Assembly: GCA_028704635.1 (NCBI GenBank) | Contig: JAQWFB010000001.1 | Coordinates: forward strand, 69,541 to 133,540 | DNA: 64,000 bases | Direction of reading: 5' to 3' | Origin: Candidatus Shapirobacteria bacterium | Lineage (GTDB): Bacteria > Patescibacteriota > Microgenomatia > UBA12405 | Shown: piece after piece, positions 45,365 through 54,424 of the stretch | How the letters are laid out: each line of letters begins with the position of its first letter | How positions within the stretch are numbered: the first letter of the stretch is position 1 | Translations under genes and position numbers: made by a program | The notes under the pieces: model-generated | Told to the model about the DNA's origin: nothing | The model's input: only the letters and a program-made list of their open reading frames with translations | Databases searched by the model: none

Positions 45365-45931
45365 ATGGCAGGTAGTTACGGATCAAAGCAAGATCCAAAA
45401 AAAAGCTTCAACAAGAACAATAACGAGATCTTAAAAGATTTTCCTAATTCTCCTGCTAAAAAAAGCGAACATAATCTTTTCGGAACTCTTTTTCCCGGTC
45501 AAAGCATTGAGGTTAATAAAAAAGAAACTACTAATATTAGCTGGAATCGAGAGTTTTTAACTAAATCAACTACCCAAGAACAGGCAATTTTTGTTAATCA
45601 ACATTCTAAAGAAGTCGAAAAAGCCATTAATGATCTCCGCCTTGAAATTAAAAATCTAATCAAAACTACCGAGAATCTTAATCAAGAAATAATTCAATCA
45701 GCCGAACAAAATGTAGCTGATTTTAGTGAATATCAACTAAATTTTTTCCAAAGAATCAAAATAATTGTCACAAATTTCCGTCAAAATATTACCGAAGCTA
45801 GTGTTTGGCTTGAAAGCTTCAATCATAAAAAAAATAAAAAAAATGCTTTTTGGAATAAAGCCAAAAGTAAAAACGGTGGTGAACAATATTTAATGAGTAG
45901 TGAACACAGTGCTTCCCGATCCGCAAACTAA
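45365..45931 (+). CDS. Hypothetical protein (DUF5660-like)
   Basis: Coiled coil, YQLNFF, ASVWL, FW..K..G.QY..S.E C-terminus. Confidence 0.6.
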   Translation: MAGSYGSKQDPKKSFNKNNNEILKDFPNSPAKKSEHNLFGTLFPGQSIEVNKKETTNISWNREFLTKSTTQEQAIFVNQHSKEVEKAINDLRLEIKNLIKTTENLNQEIIQSAEQNVADFSEYQLNFFQRIKIIVTNFRQNITEASVWLESFNHKKNKKNAFWNKAKSKNGGEQYLMSSEHSASRSAN

Positions 45932-45975
45932 ATCTTTTTTTCAATCAGTTTTTAAGATATAATCCGTCTATCCGA

Positions 45976-46049
45976 GAGTCTATAGCTCAGTTGGTTAGAG
46001 CGCTTCGTTGACATCGAAGAGGTCAGAGGTTCGAGTCCTCTTAGACTCA
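45976..46049 (+). tRNA. tRNA-Val(GAC)
   Basis: Anticodon arm CTTCG-TTGACAT-CGAAG. Confidence 0.95.
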
Positions 46050-46071
46050 CACAAAAAACCAACAAGTCTAA

Positions 46072-47886
46072 TTAATTAGACTTGTTCCATAATTTAATTC
46101 TATCGACCAATAATCCCATTTTTTCTTTTAATTTCTTATTCTGTTCAAAAATATCACTTGTCATATTTTCCACAAGTTTTTTTGCTCCTTCTACCTTTTT
46201 ATAATCATCTTTTATTTCACTTACTTTTGTATATTCACTCATACCATCAATACCCAAAATATCTTTAAATATTAAAGGAGGAATATAGTTTTCAATTTCT
46301 CGACCATCAGTAATCCAAACAACAGATCGATCTCCATTTTTATCTATTTCTTCTTTTATTCTTGATTTAGTTTCATTAATTGAATCATTAACATTTTCTT
46401 TATCACTATCAATAACCATAGCAATATTTCTATTTAATTTAATTAATTTGATAAACTTATCTGTTTCTGATTTTTCCTCAGCTTCAATAATGTCAGTTGA
46501 CAAATGGCTCAATAATCTACCGCCATAAAACATAATACTGTAATCAATTCCTTCTTTTAATTTAAAATCAATTAAAGAAATCCATTTATTAATAAAAATC
46601 CTATCGGATGGGCCTTCTACCCAAATAATCCCATTTGTTTGTAAAATATCACTTGCTTTAATTCCTAAGTCATCCAAAACATTTTGCAAAACATTTTCAT
46701 CAGCTTTTTCAACTTTAATTAAATTATTTTGACTAAAAACACGGAAAATGCTACTATTTACATCAGTAAATGAATTTATTAAAACATTTGAATGTGAACT
46801 AATAAGATATTGATGGTCCGTTTCTGTTTTTAAAAAAGAAATGAATTTCTTTTGCATAGAAACATCTAAATGGATTTCCGGTTCTTCCAACGCAATAACT
46901 GAACCATCAGGAGACTTGAGAATATCAACTATTAGAACTATCAATTCTTCGACGCTTGAACCCCAGGATTTATATGGCAAAATATTTTGTTCTCCTGTTA
47001 AATTTTTTGGTTCAATAAATATTTGTTTTTTATCACCTGATACCACCAACTCTATTTCCATCCCAATCAAACTAGAAACAAAAGCATTTAATTTTTTGTA
47101 CTTACCACGATGAACAGGAACAGCATCAACAGGATTTATCCAAACAGAAATATCGTCAATTGTTCTATCTCCATCTATATCCAATAAATTCGATAACCAA
47201 ACAGTTCCTGCATCTGGATTATTATTTAAAGATCCACCAATTTTTCTTACAGCTTTTATTATTCTTAATCGGGTTACAAAGTTCTTGAAATAAACCAGCA
47301 TAACATTTATATAGTTAAATTCAGGCCGAAAATTACCACTATGAAAAGAAGAATAATATTGATCAAAATTTTCCTGACCATTGGAACCACTGTTATATCT
47401 TAAAATTTGTTTTTCTTTATCAATAAGAGGAAGATCATTCCATTTAAGCTCAACTAGTTGAAAATCTAAATTGTTCTTATCGCCTTTAAGTGAAATATTA
47501 AATGAAATTTTTACAGTATTTTCCGATTTAGCGAAAAGTTCTGCTTTAAAAGCAGCAAAATCTACTGCTGTTGGTAACCCTGATAATAAAATATTTTTCT
47601 CTTCATCATTAAAAGAAAAAATAACAGATAAATAAATTTCTTTTTCATCTTTATAAAAAAAATCTTCTGTTTGAGAATAAGAATTATTCACACTTAAACT
47701 AAAAGATCCAAACAATTTAGGGACATCTTGAAATAAATCACCAAGAAAAGGAATTATTTTTATAATATTAGACTTTCCAGCATTGTTTTTTCCAATAAAT
47801 AAATTATATTTTTCCAAGTCATTAATAATTAATCCTTCACTGTTAATATTTCTAAAGTTTTTAATTTCTATTTGTTTAATTTTCAT
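46072..47886 (-). CDS. OLD-family ATP-dependent nuclease (ABC ATPase + TOPRIM)
   Basis: IKNFRNI, GKNNAGKS, LEEPEIHL, SSHS, WVEGPSD, IDSD, REIENY. Confidence 0.88.
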   Translation of the reverse strand: MKIKQIEIKNFRNINSEGLIINDLEKYNLFIGKNNAGKSNIIKIIPFLGDLFQDVPKLFGSFSLSVNNSYSQTEDFFYKDEKEIYLSVIFSFNDEEKNILLSGLPTAVDFAAFKAELFAKSENTVKISFNISLKGDKNNLDFQLVELKWNDLPLIDKEKQILRYNSGSNGQENFDQYYSSFHSGNFRPEFNYINVMLVYFKNFVTRLRIIKAVRKIGGSLNNNPDAGTVWLSNLLDIDGDRTIDDISVWINPVDAVPVHRGKYKKLNAFVSSLIGMEIELVVSGDKKQIFIEPKNLTGEQNILPYKSWGSSVEELIVLIVDILKSPDGSVIALEEPEIHLDVSMQKKFISFLKTETDHQYLISSHSNVLINSFTDVNSSIFRVFSQNNLIKVEKADENVLQNVLDDLGIKASDILQTNGIIWVEGPSDRIFINKWISLIDFKLKEGIDYSIMFYGGRLLSHLSTDIIEAEEKSETDKFIKLIKLNRNIAMVIDSDKENVNDSINETKSRIKEEIDKNGDRSVVWITDGREIENYIPPLIFKDILGIDGMSEYTKVSEIKDDYKKVEGAKKLVENMTSDIFEQNKKLKEKMGLLVDRIKLWNKSN

Positions 47887-48062
47887 TTTTTATTTAATAT
47901 AAGCAAAATTATACGATAAATATATAATTTGTGCTAAAATCCCCTTAAATAATGAAAAAGATTTTTTGTACATCACTTAAAACTACATCGCCCAACAGGG
48001 CATAGTTTCTTTTGCTTTGATTGGGCTCTCTACTTTCTTGTTAAAATAGTTTATTCACATAT

Positions 48063-49844
48063 ATGTCACAACAAAACAATCAAAATTCAGAACTTCAAAA
48101 TATCCGTCATTCAGCCGAACATGTCTTAACCCAAGCCATGCAACGACTTTTTCCTAATAAATTTTTAATGGCCATGGGACCAGCCACTGACGATGGTTTT
48201 TATCTCGACTTCGAACCAATAGGGGACTTCAAGGTCAGCGAAAACGATTTTCCTCAAATTGAAGCCGAAATGGCCAAAATTATAAAAGAAAATTTACCCA
48301 TAATTAAGGAAGAAATCAGTCTAGAAGACGCTAAAAAATTATTCTCCGATAATCCTTACAAAATGGAATGGTTAAATTCCATTAAAGACAGGGGAGAGGC
48401 AATCACCATTTACAAAACCGGCGATGAATTCACCGATCTTTGTGCTGGCCCTCACGTCCGCTACACCAAACAAATTAAAGCTTTCAAACTTTTATCCATC
48501 GCTGGCGCTTATTGGCACGGTGATGAAAAAAATAAAATGTTAACTCGCATTTACGGCACCGCTTTTGAATCAAAAGAGGAATTGGAAAAATATTTGAATA
48601 ATATTGAAGAAGCCAAAAAACGCGACCATCGAAAATTAGGTAAAGAACTTGAAATTTATTTTTATGATGACGAAATTGGTCAAGGATTACCTCTTTGGCT
48701 CCCAAATGGTGGCATTATTATTGAAGAGTTGGAAAAATTAGCCAAAGAAACTGAAGACAAAGATGGTTATTCACGAGTTAAAACTCCACACATTACCAAA
48801 GAATCTTTATTTTTAAAAAGTGGACATCTGCCTTATTATGCTGAATCCATGTATCCTCCCATGGAAATTGATGGTGATAAATACTATTTAAAACCCATGA
48901 ATTGTCCTTTTCATCATAAAATTTATGGCAATAAACCACATAGTTATCGAGATTTACCCATAAAATTAGCAGAATATGGTACTTGTTATCGTTATGAAAA
49001 AAGCGGCGAACTTATTGGTCTTATGCGTGTCAGATCCATGCAAATGAACGACGCTCACATTTATTGTACTGAAGGTCAATTCGAAAAAACCTTTATGGAT
49101 GTTATTAAAATGTATCTTTATTATTTTCAAGTCTTTGGAATTGAAAAATATGTAATGCGTTTAAGTACTCATTCAAAAGAAGGTTTAGGTAAAAAATATA
49201 TTGATAACGAACAACTTTGGATTAAAACTGAAGATATGGTTCGAAATTGCCTTAAAAACGGCAATATAAACTTCGTCGAAGTTGCAGATGAAGCCGCTTT
49301 TTATGGTCCAAAAATTGATGTCCAGATTTATTCTGCCATCGGTCGCGAATTTACTTTAGCCACTAATCAAGTTGATTTTGCCGTTCCAGAAAGATTTTCA
49401 CTTGAATATACCGACGAAAAAGGCGAAAAACAAATTCCCCTTTGTATTCATCGAGCTCCGTTAAGTACTCACGAAAGAATGATTGGGTTTTTGCTTGAAC
49501 ACTTCGCTGGTGCTTTTCCAACATGGCTTTCTCCAACTCAAGTCAAAATAATTCCTATCACTGATGGGCAACTAGAATATGCTCAAAAAATAGAAAAGGA
49601 ATTAAAAGAAAATAATATTCGAGTTGAAATTGATAGTAAATCTGAAACAATGCAAAATAAAATCAGAAATGCCGCAGGGGAAAAAGTTCCCTACATGATT
49701 ATTGTCGGTGGCCGTGAAGCCGAAAATCAAACCATTTCCGTCCGCCAACGCGACGGCCAAGATCTCGGTATCATTCCCTTAAACGATTTTGTTTCAAAAA
49801 TTAAAGACCAAATCACTTCTAAATCAATCACTTTAATTAAGTAA
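48063..49844 (+). CDS. thrS: Threonine--tRNA ligase
   Basis: RHSAEH, DLCAGPH, RDHRKLG, KPMNCP, FYGPKID, IHRA. Confidence 0.98.
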   Translation: MSQQNNQNSELQNIRHSAEHVLTQAMQRLFPNKFLMAMGPATDDGFYLDFEPIGDFKVSENDFPQIEAEMAKIIKENLPIIKEEISLEDAKKLFSDNPYKMEWLNSIKDRGEAITIYKTGDEFTDLCAGPHVRYTKQIKAFKLLSIAGAYWHGDEKNKMLTRIYGTAFESKEELEKYLNNIEEAKKRDHRKLGKELEIYFYDDEIGQGLPLWLPNGGIIIEELEKLAKETEDKDGYSRVKTPHITKESLFLKSGHLPYYAESMYPPMEIDGDKYYLKPMNCPFHHKIYGNKPHSYRDLPIKLAEYGTCYRYEKSGELIGLMRVRSMQMNDAHIYCTEGQFEKTFMDVIKMYLYYFQVFGIEKYVMRLSTHSKEGLGKKYIDNEQLWIKTEDMVRNCLKNGNINFVEVADEAAFYGPKIDVQIYSAIGREFTLATNQVDFAVPERFSLEYTDEKGEKQIPLCIHRAPLSTHERMIGFLLEHFAGAFPTWLSPTQVKIIPITDGQLEYAQKIEKELKENNIRVEIDSKSETMQNKIRNAAGEKVPYMIIVGGREAENQTISVRQRDGQDLGIIPLNDFVSKIKDQITSKSITLIK

Positions 49845-49930
49845 ATTTTTTGATTTTCAAAATCAGAAATTTACTATACATGCTATAATCCTATCCTGAG
49901 GGTAGTTCTTTTATAACCAACAAATTTCCT

Positions 49931-50176
49931 ATGTTAGGAGGTGATTCTGTGAAGAAAATATCAAGAAAGAGTATTAAAGATACCAGTATTGCAATAATGG
50001 TATTATCATCAGTCTGTCTTGTTGGCTTAAATTTTTTCACATTAAAAACTCCAATATTTATATTACTCGTGATATTTTTTATCTCCATTGTAACTTTTTT
50101 AGTTGCCATTCTTTTTGACTTTAAACAAGGTTGCAATGTTATAAAAAATTACAAAATAAAAATAAAAATTAAATAA
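49931..50176 (+). CDS. Small membrane protein (start may be GTG 49949)
   Basis: Two TM segments; AGGAGGT SD before GTG. Confidence 0.5.
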   Translation: MLGGDSVKKISRKSIKDTSIAIMVLSSVCLVGLNFFTLKTPIFILLVIFFISIVTFLVAILFDFKQGCNVIKNYKIKIKIK

Positions 50177-50187
50177 TCTACTCTCGC

Positions 50188-50240
50188 CCGGCAGGTATTT
50201 GCGAACATTTTGTTCAAAAATATTTCTGCCGGTTTTCTAT
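50188..50240 (+). terminator. Long hairpin, terminator-like
   Basis: CCGGCAG...GAACA/TGTTC...CTGCCGG followed by TTTTCTATTTTT. Confidence 0.55.
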
Positions 50241-50305
50241 TTTTATTTTATCGGAGTATAAACTAATGAATTCATCCTTCATTTCTGGTAAAATAGACGA
50301 ATTAT

Positions 50306-50872
50306 ATGAGTAGTTTCAAAACTAACACTAACCGCAAATTTTATAAAATTAATCAATACATTAATGCGCCCACAGTCCGTCTTCTCAGCGACGATGGTAA
50401 ACAAATCGGCGTCGTTTCACTCACTGAAGCCCGTCAACAAGCACAAGAAACTGGTTTAGACTTAGTCGAAATCAACGGCAAAGCTGTTCCACCAGTCATT
50501 AAATTAATTAGCTTTACTAAATTCAAATATCAAGAATCTAAAAAGCTCCAAGCCGAAAAAAAAGGTATCAAAGGCGGCGATTTAAAAGAAATTCAAATGA
50601 GCCCTTTTATTGGTGCCGGTGACTACGAAACCAGAATTAAAAGATCCCAAAAATTTTTAACTAGTGGAAATAAGATTAAATTAAGTGTAAAATTCCAAGG
50701 TCGCCAGATGAATCATCCGGAATTTGGCCACAATTTAATTGCTAAAGTCAAAACCGATTTACAAGACTTTGGAACTCCCGAAGGTGAGGCCAAATTAATA
50801 GGTAAAAGGTTAATGCTTACATTCACACCTTCTAAAAAGGTCGGAGGAGTAAAAAATGAAGAAACAAAGTAA
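50306..50872 (+). CDS. infC: Translation initiation factor IF-3
   Basis: INQYI..VRL..GLDLVEI..PPVIK; thrS-infC-rpmI-rplT context. Confidence 0.96.
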   Translation: MSSFKTNTNRKFYKINQYINAPTVRLLSDDGKQIGVVSLTEARQQAQETGLDLVEINGKAVPPVIKLISFTKFKYQESKKLQAEKKGIKGGDLKEIQMSPFIGAGDYETRIKRSQKFLTSGNKIKLSVKFQGRQMNHPEFGHNLIAKVKTDLQDFGTPEGEAKLIGKRLMLTFTPSKKVGGVKNEETK

Positions 50873-51065
50873 AAAAATGAAAATCAAAAAATCTGTTTCT
50901 AACAGATTTGAAGTCACCAAAACTGGTAAAGTTTTGCGTATGTCATCTTTTAATCGACATTTACGTCGAAAGAAAAGTAAAAAACAATTACGCCGATTAA
51001 AAGGTAAACACCCAGTTGCCAACGCACTTGCAATCAAAGTTAAAAAATTATTAGGTAAACTATAA
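50856..51065 (+). CDS. rpmI: 50S ribosomal protein L35
   Basis: RFEVTKTGKV..RHL; synteny. Confidence 0.93.
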   Translation: MKKQSKKMKIKKSVSNRFEVTKTGKVLRMSSFNRHLRRKKSKKQLRRLKGKHPVANALAIKVKKLLGKL

Positions 51066-51071
51066 AAAAAC

Positions 51072-51416
51072 ATGAGAGTTAAAACCGGAACAGTTCGACG
51101 AGCTGCACATAAAAAAGTCTTAAAAGCCGCTAAGGGTTTTTGGATGACTCGTCACAAAAGATTTAAAGTAGCCCACGAAGCAGTTATGCATGCTGGCCAA
51201 TACGCCTTTGTCGGTCGACGTCTTCGCCGTCGAGATATGCGTCAACTATGGATTACTCGCTTAAACGCTGCTCTTAAACCATTCGAGATTAAATATTCTG
51301 CTTTCATTAAAATGATGAAAGATAAAAATGTCGAATTAAACCGAAAAGTATTATCTGAAATTGCTATTAATGATAATGCTACATTTAAGTCCATTGTTGA
51401 TTTTATAAAAAAATAA
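51072..51416 (+). CDS. rplT: 50S ribosomal protein L20
   Basis: MRVKTG, LWITRLNAA, LNRKVLSEIA. Confidence 0.97.
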   Translation: MRVKTGTVRRAAHKKVLKAAKGFWMTRHKRFKVAHEAVMHAGQYAFVGRRLRRRDMRQLWITRLNAALKPFEIKYSAFIKMMKDKNVELNRKVLSEIAINDNATFKSIVDFIKK

Positions 51417-51437
51417 GGGGACTTGTTTTAAAAAATT

Positions 51438-51464
51438 AAAGGCTCCCCAAAAGGGAGCTTTTTT
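51438..51464 (+). terminator. Intrinsic terminator after rplT
   Basis: GGCTCCC-caaaa-GGGAGCT followed by T-run. Confidence 0.8.
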
Positions 51465-51487
51465 GTATAAATCAGATAAAATATACT

Positions 51488-52507
51488 ATGAATCAAAACT
51501 TGGAGACAATTAAAAATCAGTACCAAGAAAAAATTTCAAATCTCAAAACTGATAAAGATTTAGAATCTTTAAGAATTGAATTATTTGGCCGTAATGGTTT
51601 ATTCAATGATCTTTTTACCAAATTAAAAGAAATCCCAGTCGATGAAAGACGAGCCTACGGACAAGAGTTAAACGTTACTAAAAACGAACTTGAAAGATTA
51701 ATTGCCATTCAATCTCAAAAGGTCCAAAAAATTGAAAATAAAAAAATAAAAAATCTAAAATCTGATATCTACGAACTACCAAAAATCGGCCATTTACATC
51801 CAATTACTCAAACCGAACGACAATTAAATGAAGTTTTTAGAAAACTTGGTTTTTCTGTTTATAACAGTCCCGAAATTGTCACCGACGAATTTAATTTCGA
51901 ACGATTAAATGTACCCCAAAACCATCCTGCTCGCGACATGCAAGACAGTATTTATATCAAAGAACCAGAATATTTACTTCGAACTCAAACTTCCACTATC
52001 GAAAGCTACTTATTAAAAGCCAAAAGCCAAGATTTGCCTATTCGTGCCGCTTTTCCAGGATCTGTTTTTCGAAATGAAAAAGTCAATCGTTCCAATCATT
52101 TTGTTTTTCATCAATATCAAGCCGTCGTTGTCGACAAAAATATCACCATGAAAGATTTAATTGGCACCATGGATTTAATGTTCAAAACTCTCTATGGTCC
52201 TGATGTTGTCGTTCGTTATCGCTGTAAATATTATCCTGAAGTCGAACCAGGCGTTGGTCCCGACATGCAATGTTTCAGTTGTCATGGTAAAGGCTGCCCA
52301 TTGTGTAAATATGCCGGTTGGATTGAAATGGGCGGCAGTGGCATGATTCACCCCAAAGTTTTAGAAGCCGCCAGCATCGATTCTAAAGTTTGGTCCGGTT
52401 TCGCTTTTGGTATGGGTCTCGATCGCTGGACCATGGCTCAAAAAAATATTAAAGATATTAGAACATTAATGGGTGGAAACTTAGCCTACAAACCAAACGA
52501 ATTATGA
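51488..52507 (+). CDS. pheS: Phenylalanine--tRNA ligase alpha subunit
   Basis: HPARDMQD, LRTQTS, FHQ, GFAFGMGLDR. Confidence 0.97.
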   Translation: MNQNLETIKNQYQEKISNLKTDKDLESLRIELFGRNGLFNDLFTKLKEIPVDERRAYGQELNVTKNELERLIAIQSQKVQKIENKKIKNLKSDIYELPKIGHLHPITQTERQLNEVFRKLGFSVYNSPEIVTDEFNFERLNVPQNHPARDMQDSIYIKEPEYLLRTQTSTIESYLLKAKSQDLPIRAAFPGSVFRNEKVNRSNHFVFHQYQAVVVDKNITMKDLIGTMDLMFKTLYGPDVVVRYRCKYYPEVEPGVGPDMQCFSCHGKGCPLCKYAGWIEMGGSGMIHPKVLEAASIDSKVWSGFAFGMGLDRWTMAQKNIKDIRTLMGGNLAYKPNEL

Positions 52508-54315
52508 AACTAATCTATTCTCAACTTCAAAAATTCCTACCAGACCTAAAAGTTGAACCACAACAACTCCGCGACGATCTAACTATGATCGGCCATTTTA
52601 CTAATTTTTTTGAAGAAATTGACGGCAAAATCGTTTTTGATTTAGATATTAAAGTTAATAGGGGAGACTGCCTTGGTTATTATGGCCTCGCCAAAGATTT
52701 ATCAGTTTTTTATAATCTTCCACTCCAAAATTTATCTCAACAAATAAATAATTCCTCTAATAACCAATTACCAATAAAAATAACAACCGAAAACGTCAAG
52801 AGAGTAATGGCTGTCAAAATTTCAAATTTAAAAAATAACTCTTCTCCTCAATGGCTCCAAACCTTTTTAAAATGTCACAATGTTCACTCCATCAACACTC
52901 TTGTTGACCTAACCAATTACATCATGTTTTTATATGGTATTCCAAATCATGCCTTTGATACGGCAAAATCAGGAGAAAATTTAATTTGGGAAATGAATTC
53001 TAAATTCAAAGAATTTATTAGCCTCGACGGTTCTAAATTGATTTTAGACAATAAAATTTTAATGATTAACAATCCCGACAAAACTCTTAGTCTTAGTTTT
53101 TGGGGAGGGGAGTCTTGTGCAATTGATTTAAACACTACTGAAACCATTATTGAACTAGCTATTTATGATCGCACCACTGTTCGCCAAAACAGCCGTCAAT
53201 TAAAATCCGTCACCGAAGCCAGCATTCGACTTGAAAAAGATCTTGATCCAGAATTAATTCCAACGGCTTTCAATCATTTAGTTAATTTAATTTTAGAAAA
53301 TTGCGGTGGTCAAATTAATTCTCAAACTTTTGATCATTATCCTCAAAAAGCAGATTTACCTCAAATCGAATTTAACCCTAAAAAACCATCTCTAATTTCC
53401 GGCATTGACATCCCCACTGATTTTTCCATCGATTGTCTCACTCGTCTCGATTGTGAAATAGAAAATAAAGAAAACACTCTGCTTTGCAAAGCTCCTTCAA
53501 TCCGCAAAGACATTACTATCGAAGCCGATCTAATTGAAGAAGTTATCCGTTTTTGGGGCTATCAAAAAATCCCTACCAACCAACCTTTAACCTTTAAAGA
53601 AGTCAGCGATATCACTCCACCAGAAATTTATTTAATTGAAAATCTAAAAGATAAATTAATTCAGCTCGGCTACGACGAAGTTTTAACTTGGCCTCTAGTT
53701 ACGATCCCCACTGATGAAAAAACCGTTATTACCACTCAAAACAGTATTAATTCTGAAGCTATTTATCTTCGTCAATCTTTAGTTCCATCATTAATTCAAC
53801 AACTTAATCAATATAATCGTTTTAAATTACCAGAACCACAATTTTTTGAAATCGGTAAAATATTTTTAAAAGAAGGGGATAACTTTATTGAAAAAAATGC
53901 TTTGGGAATTTATCATTACAACATAGACATTCTTCGTAGAGACGTTTTGCAAAACGTCTCTACTGATAAAACAAAAATAAAATTCGATAATAATTTTGCC
54001 GAAATAATTATAGATAATTTACCTAAACCAGAAAAATACATTCCTAATAAACAACAAAATAACGCCATCGAGCTTACTTCTCAAATAATCACTCTCGATG
54101 CCAATATTACTCTTGATACCAAAGAAAATCCAATTAAATTAATTGAAAAATATTCTCAAATCATCGGTTCTAAAAATCTCTGGAAATTAATTATCACTGA
54201 TATTTATCAAGATTCCAAAACCAATAAATATCGCTATACTTTTCAAGCCTCGTATTTTAATTTAGACGATAAAACCGCCAAATCGATTCACTTAAAAACT
54301 TTTGATTTAATTTGA
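52504..54315 (+). CDS. pheT: Phenylalanine--tRNA ligase beta subunit (short form)
   Basis: NRGDCLG, VDLTNY, ASIRLEK, RKDITIEADLIEEV, LRQSL. Confidence 0.93.
   Translation: MKLIYSQLQKFLPDLKVEPQQLRDDLTMIGHFTNFFEEIDGKIVFDLDIKVNRGDCLGYYGLAKDLSVFYNLPLQNLSQQINNSSNNQLPIKITTENVKRVMAVKISNLKNNSSPQWLQTFLKCHNVHSINTLVDLTNYIMFLYGIPNHAFDTAKSGENLIWEMNSKFKEFISLDGSKLILDNKILMINNPDKTLSLSFWGGESCAIDLNTTETIIELAIYDRTTVRQNSRQLKSVTEASIRLEKDLDPELIPTAFNHLVNLILENCGGQINSQTFDHYPQKADLPQIEFNPKKPSLISGIDIPTDFSIDCLTRLDCEIENKENTLLCKAPSIRKDITIEADLIEEVIRFWGYQKIPTNQPLTFKEVSDITPPEIYLIENLKDKLIQLGYDEVLTWPLVTIPTDEKTVITTQNSINSEAIYLRQSLVPSLIQQLNQYNRFKLPEPQFFEIGKIFLKEGDNFIEKNALGIYHYNIDILRRDVLQNVSTDKTKIKFDNNFAEIIIDNLPKPEKYIPNKQQNNAIELTSQIITLDANITLDTKENPIKLIEKYSQIIGSKNLWKLIITDIYQDSKTNKYRYTFQASYFNLDDKTAKSIHLKTFDLI
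53936..53963. repeat. Perfect 28-bp palindrome (REP-like, GTAG-ended) within pheT
   Basis: GTAGAGACGTTTTGCAAAACGTCTCTAC is its own reverse complement. Confidence 0.85.
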
Positions 54316-54424
54316 TTTTAACTAAACCGAGTCTTTTTATTTTGTAAATATACATACACAATACGTATTAGCAAACACAACTACTAACTGCTAAAGGTCT
54401 TTTAAATTATAATTTGACCTATCA

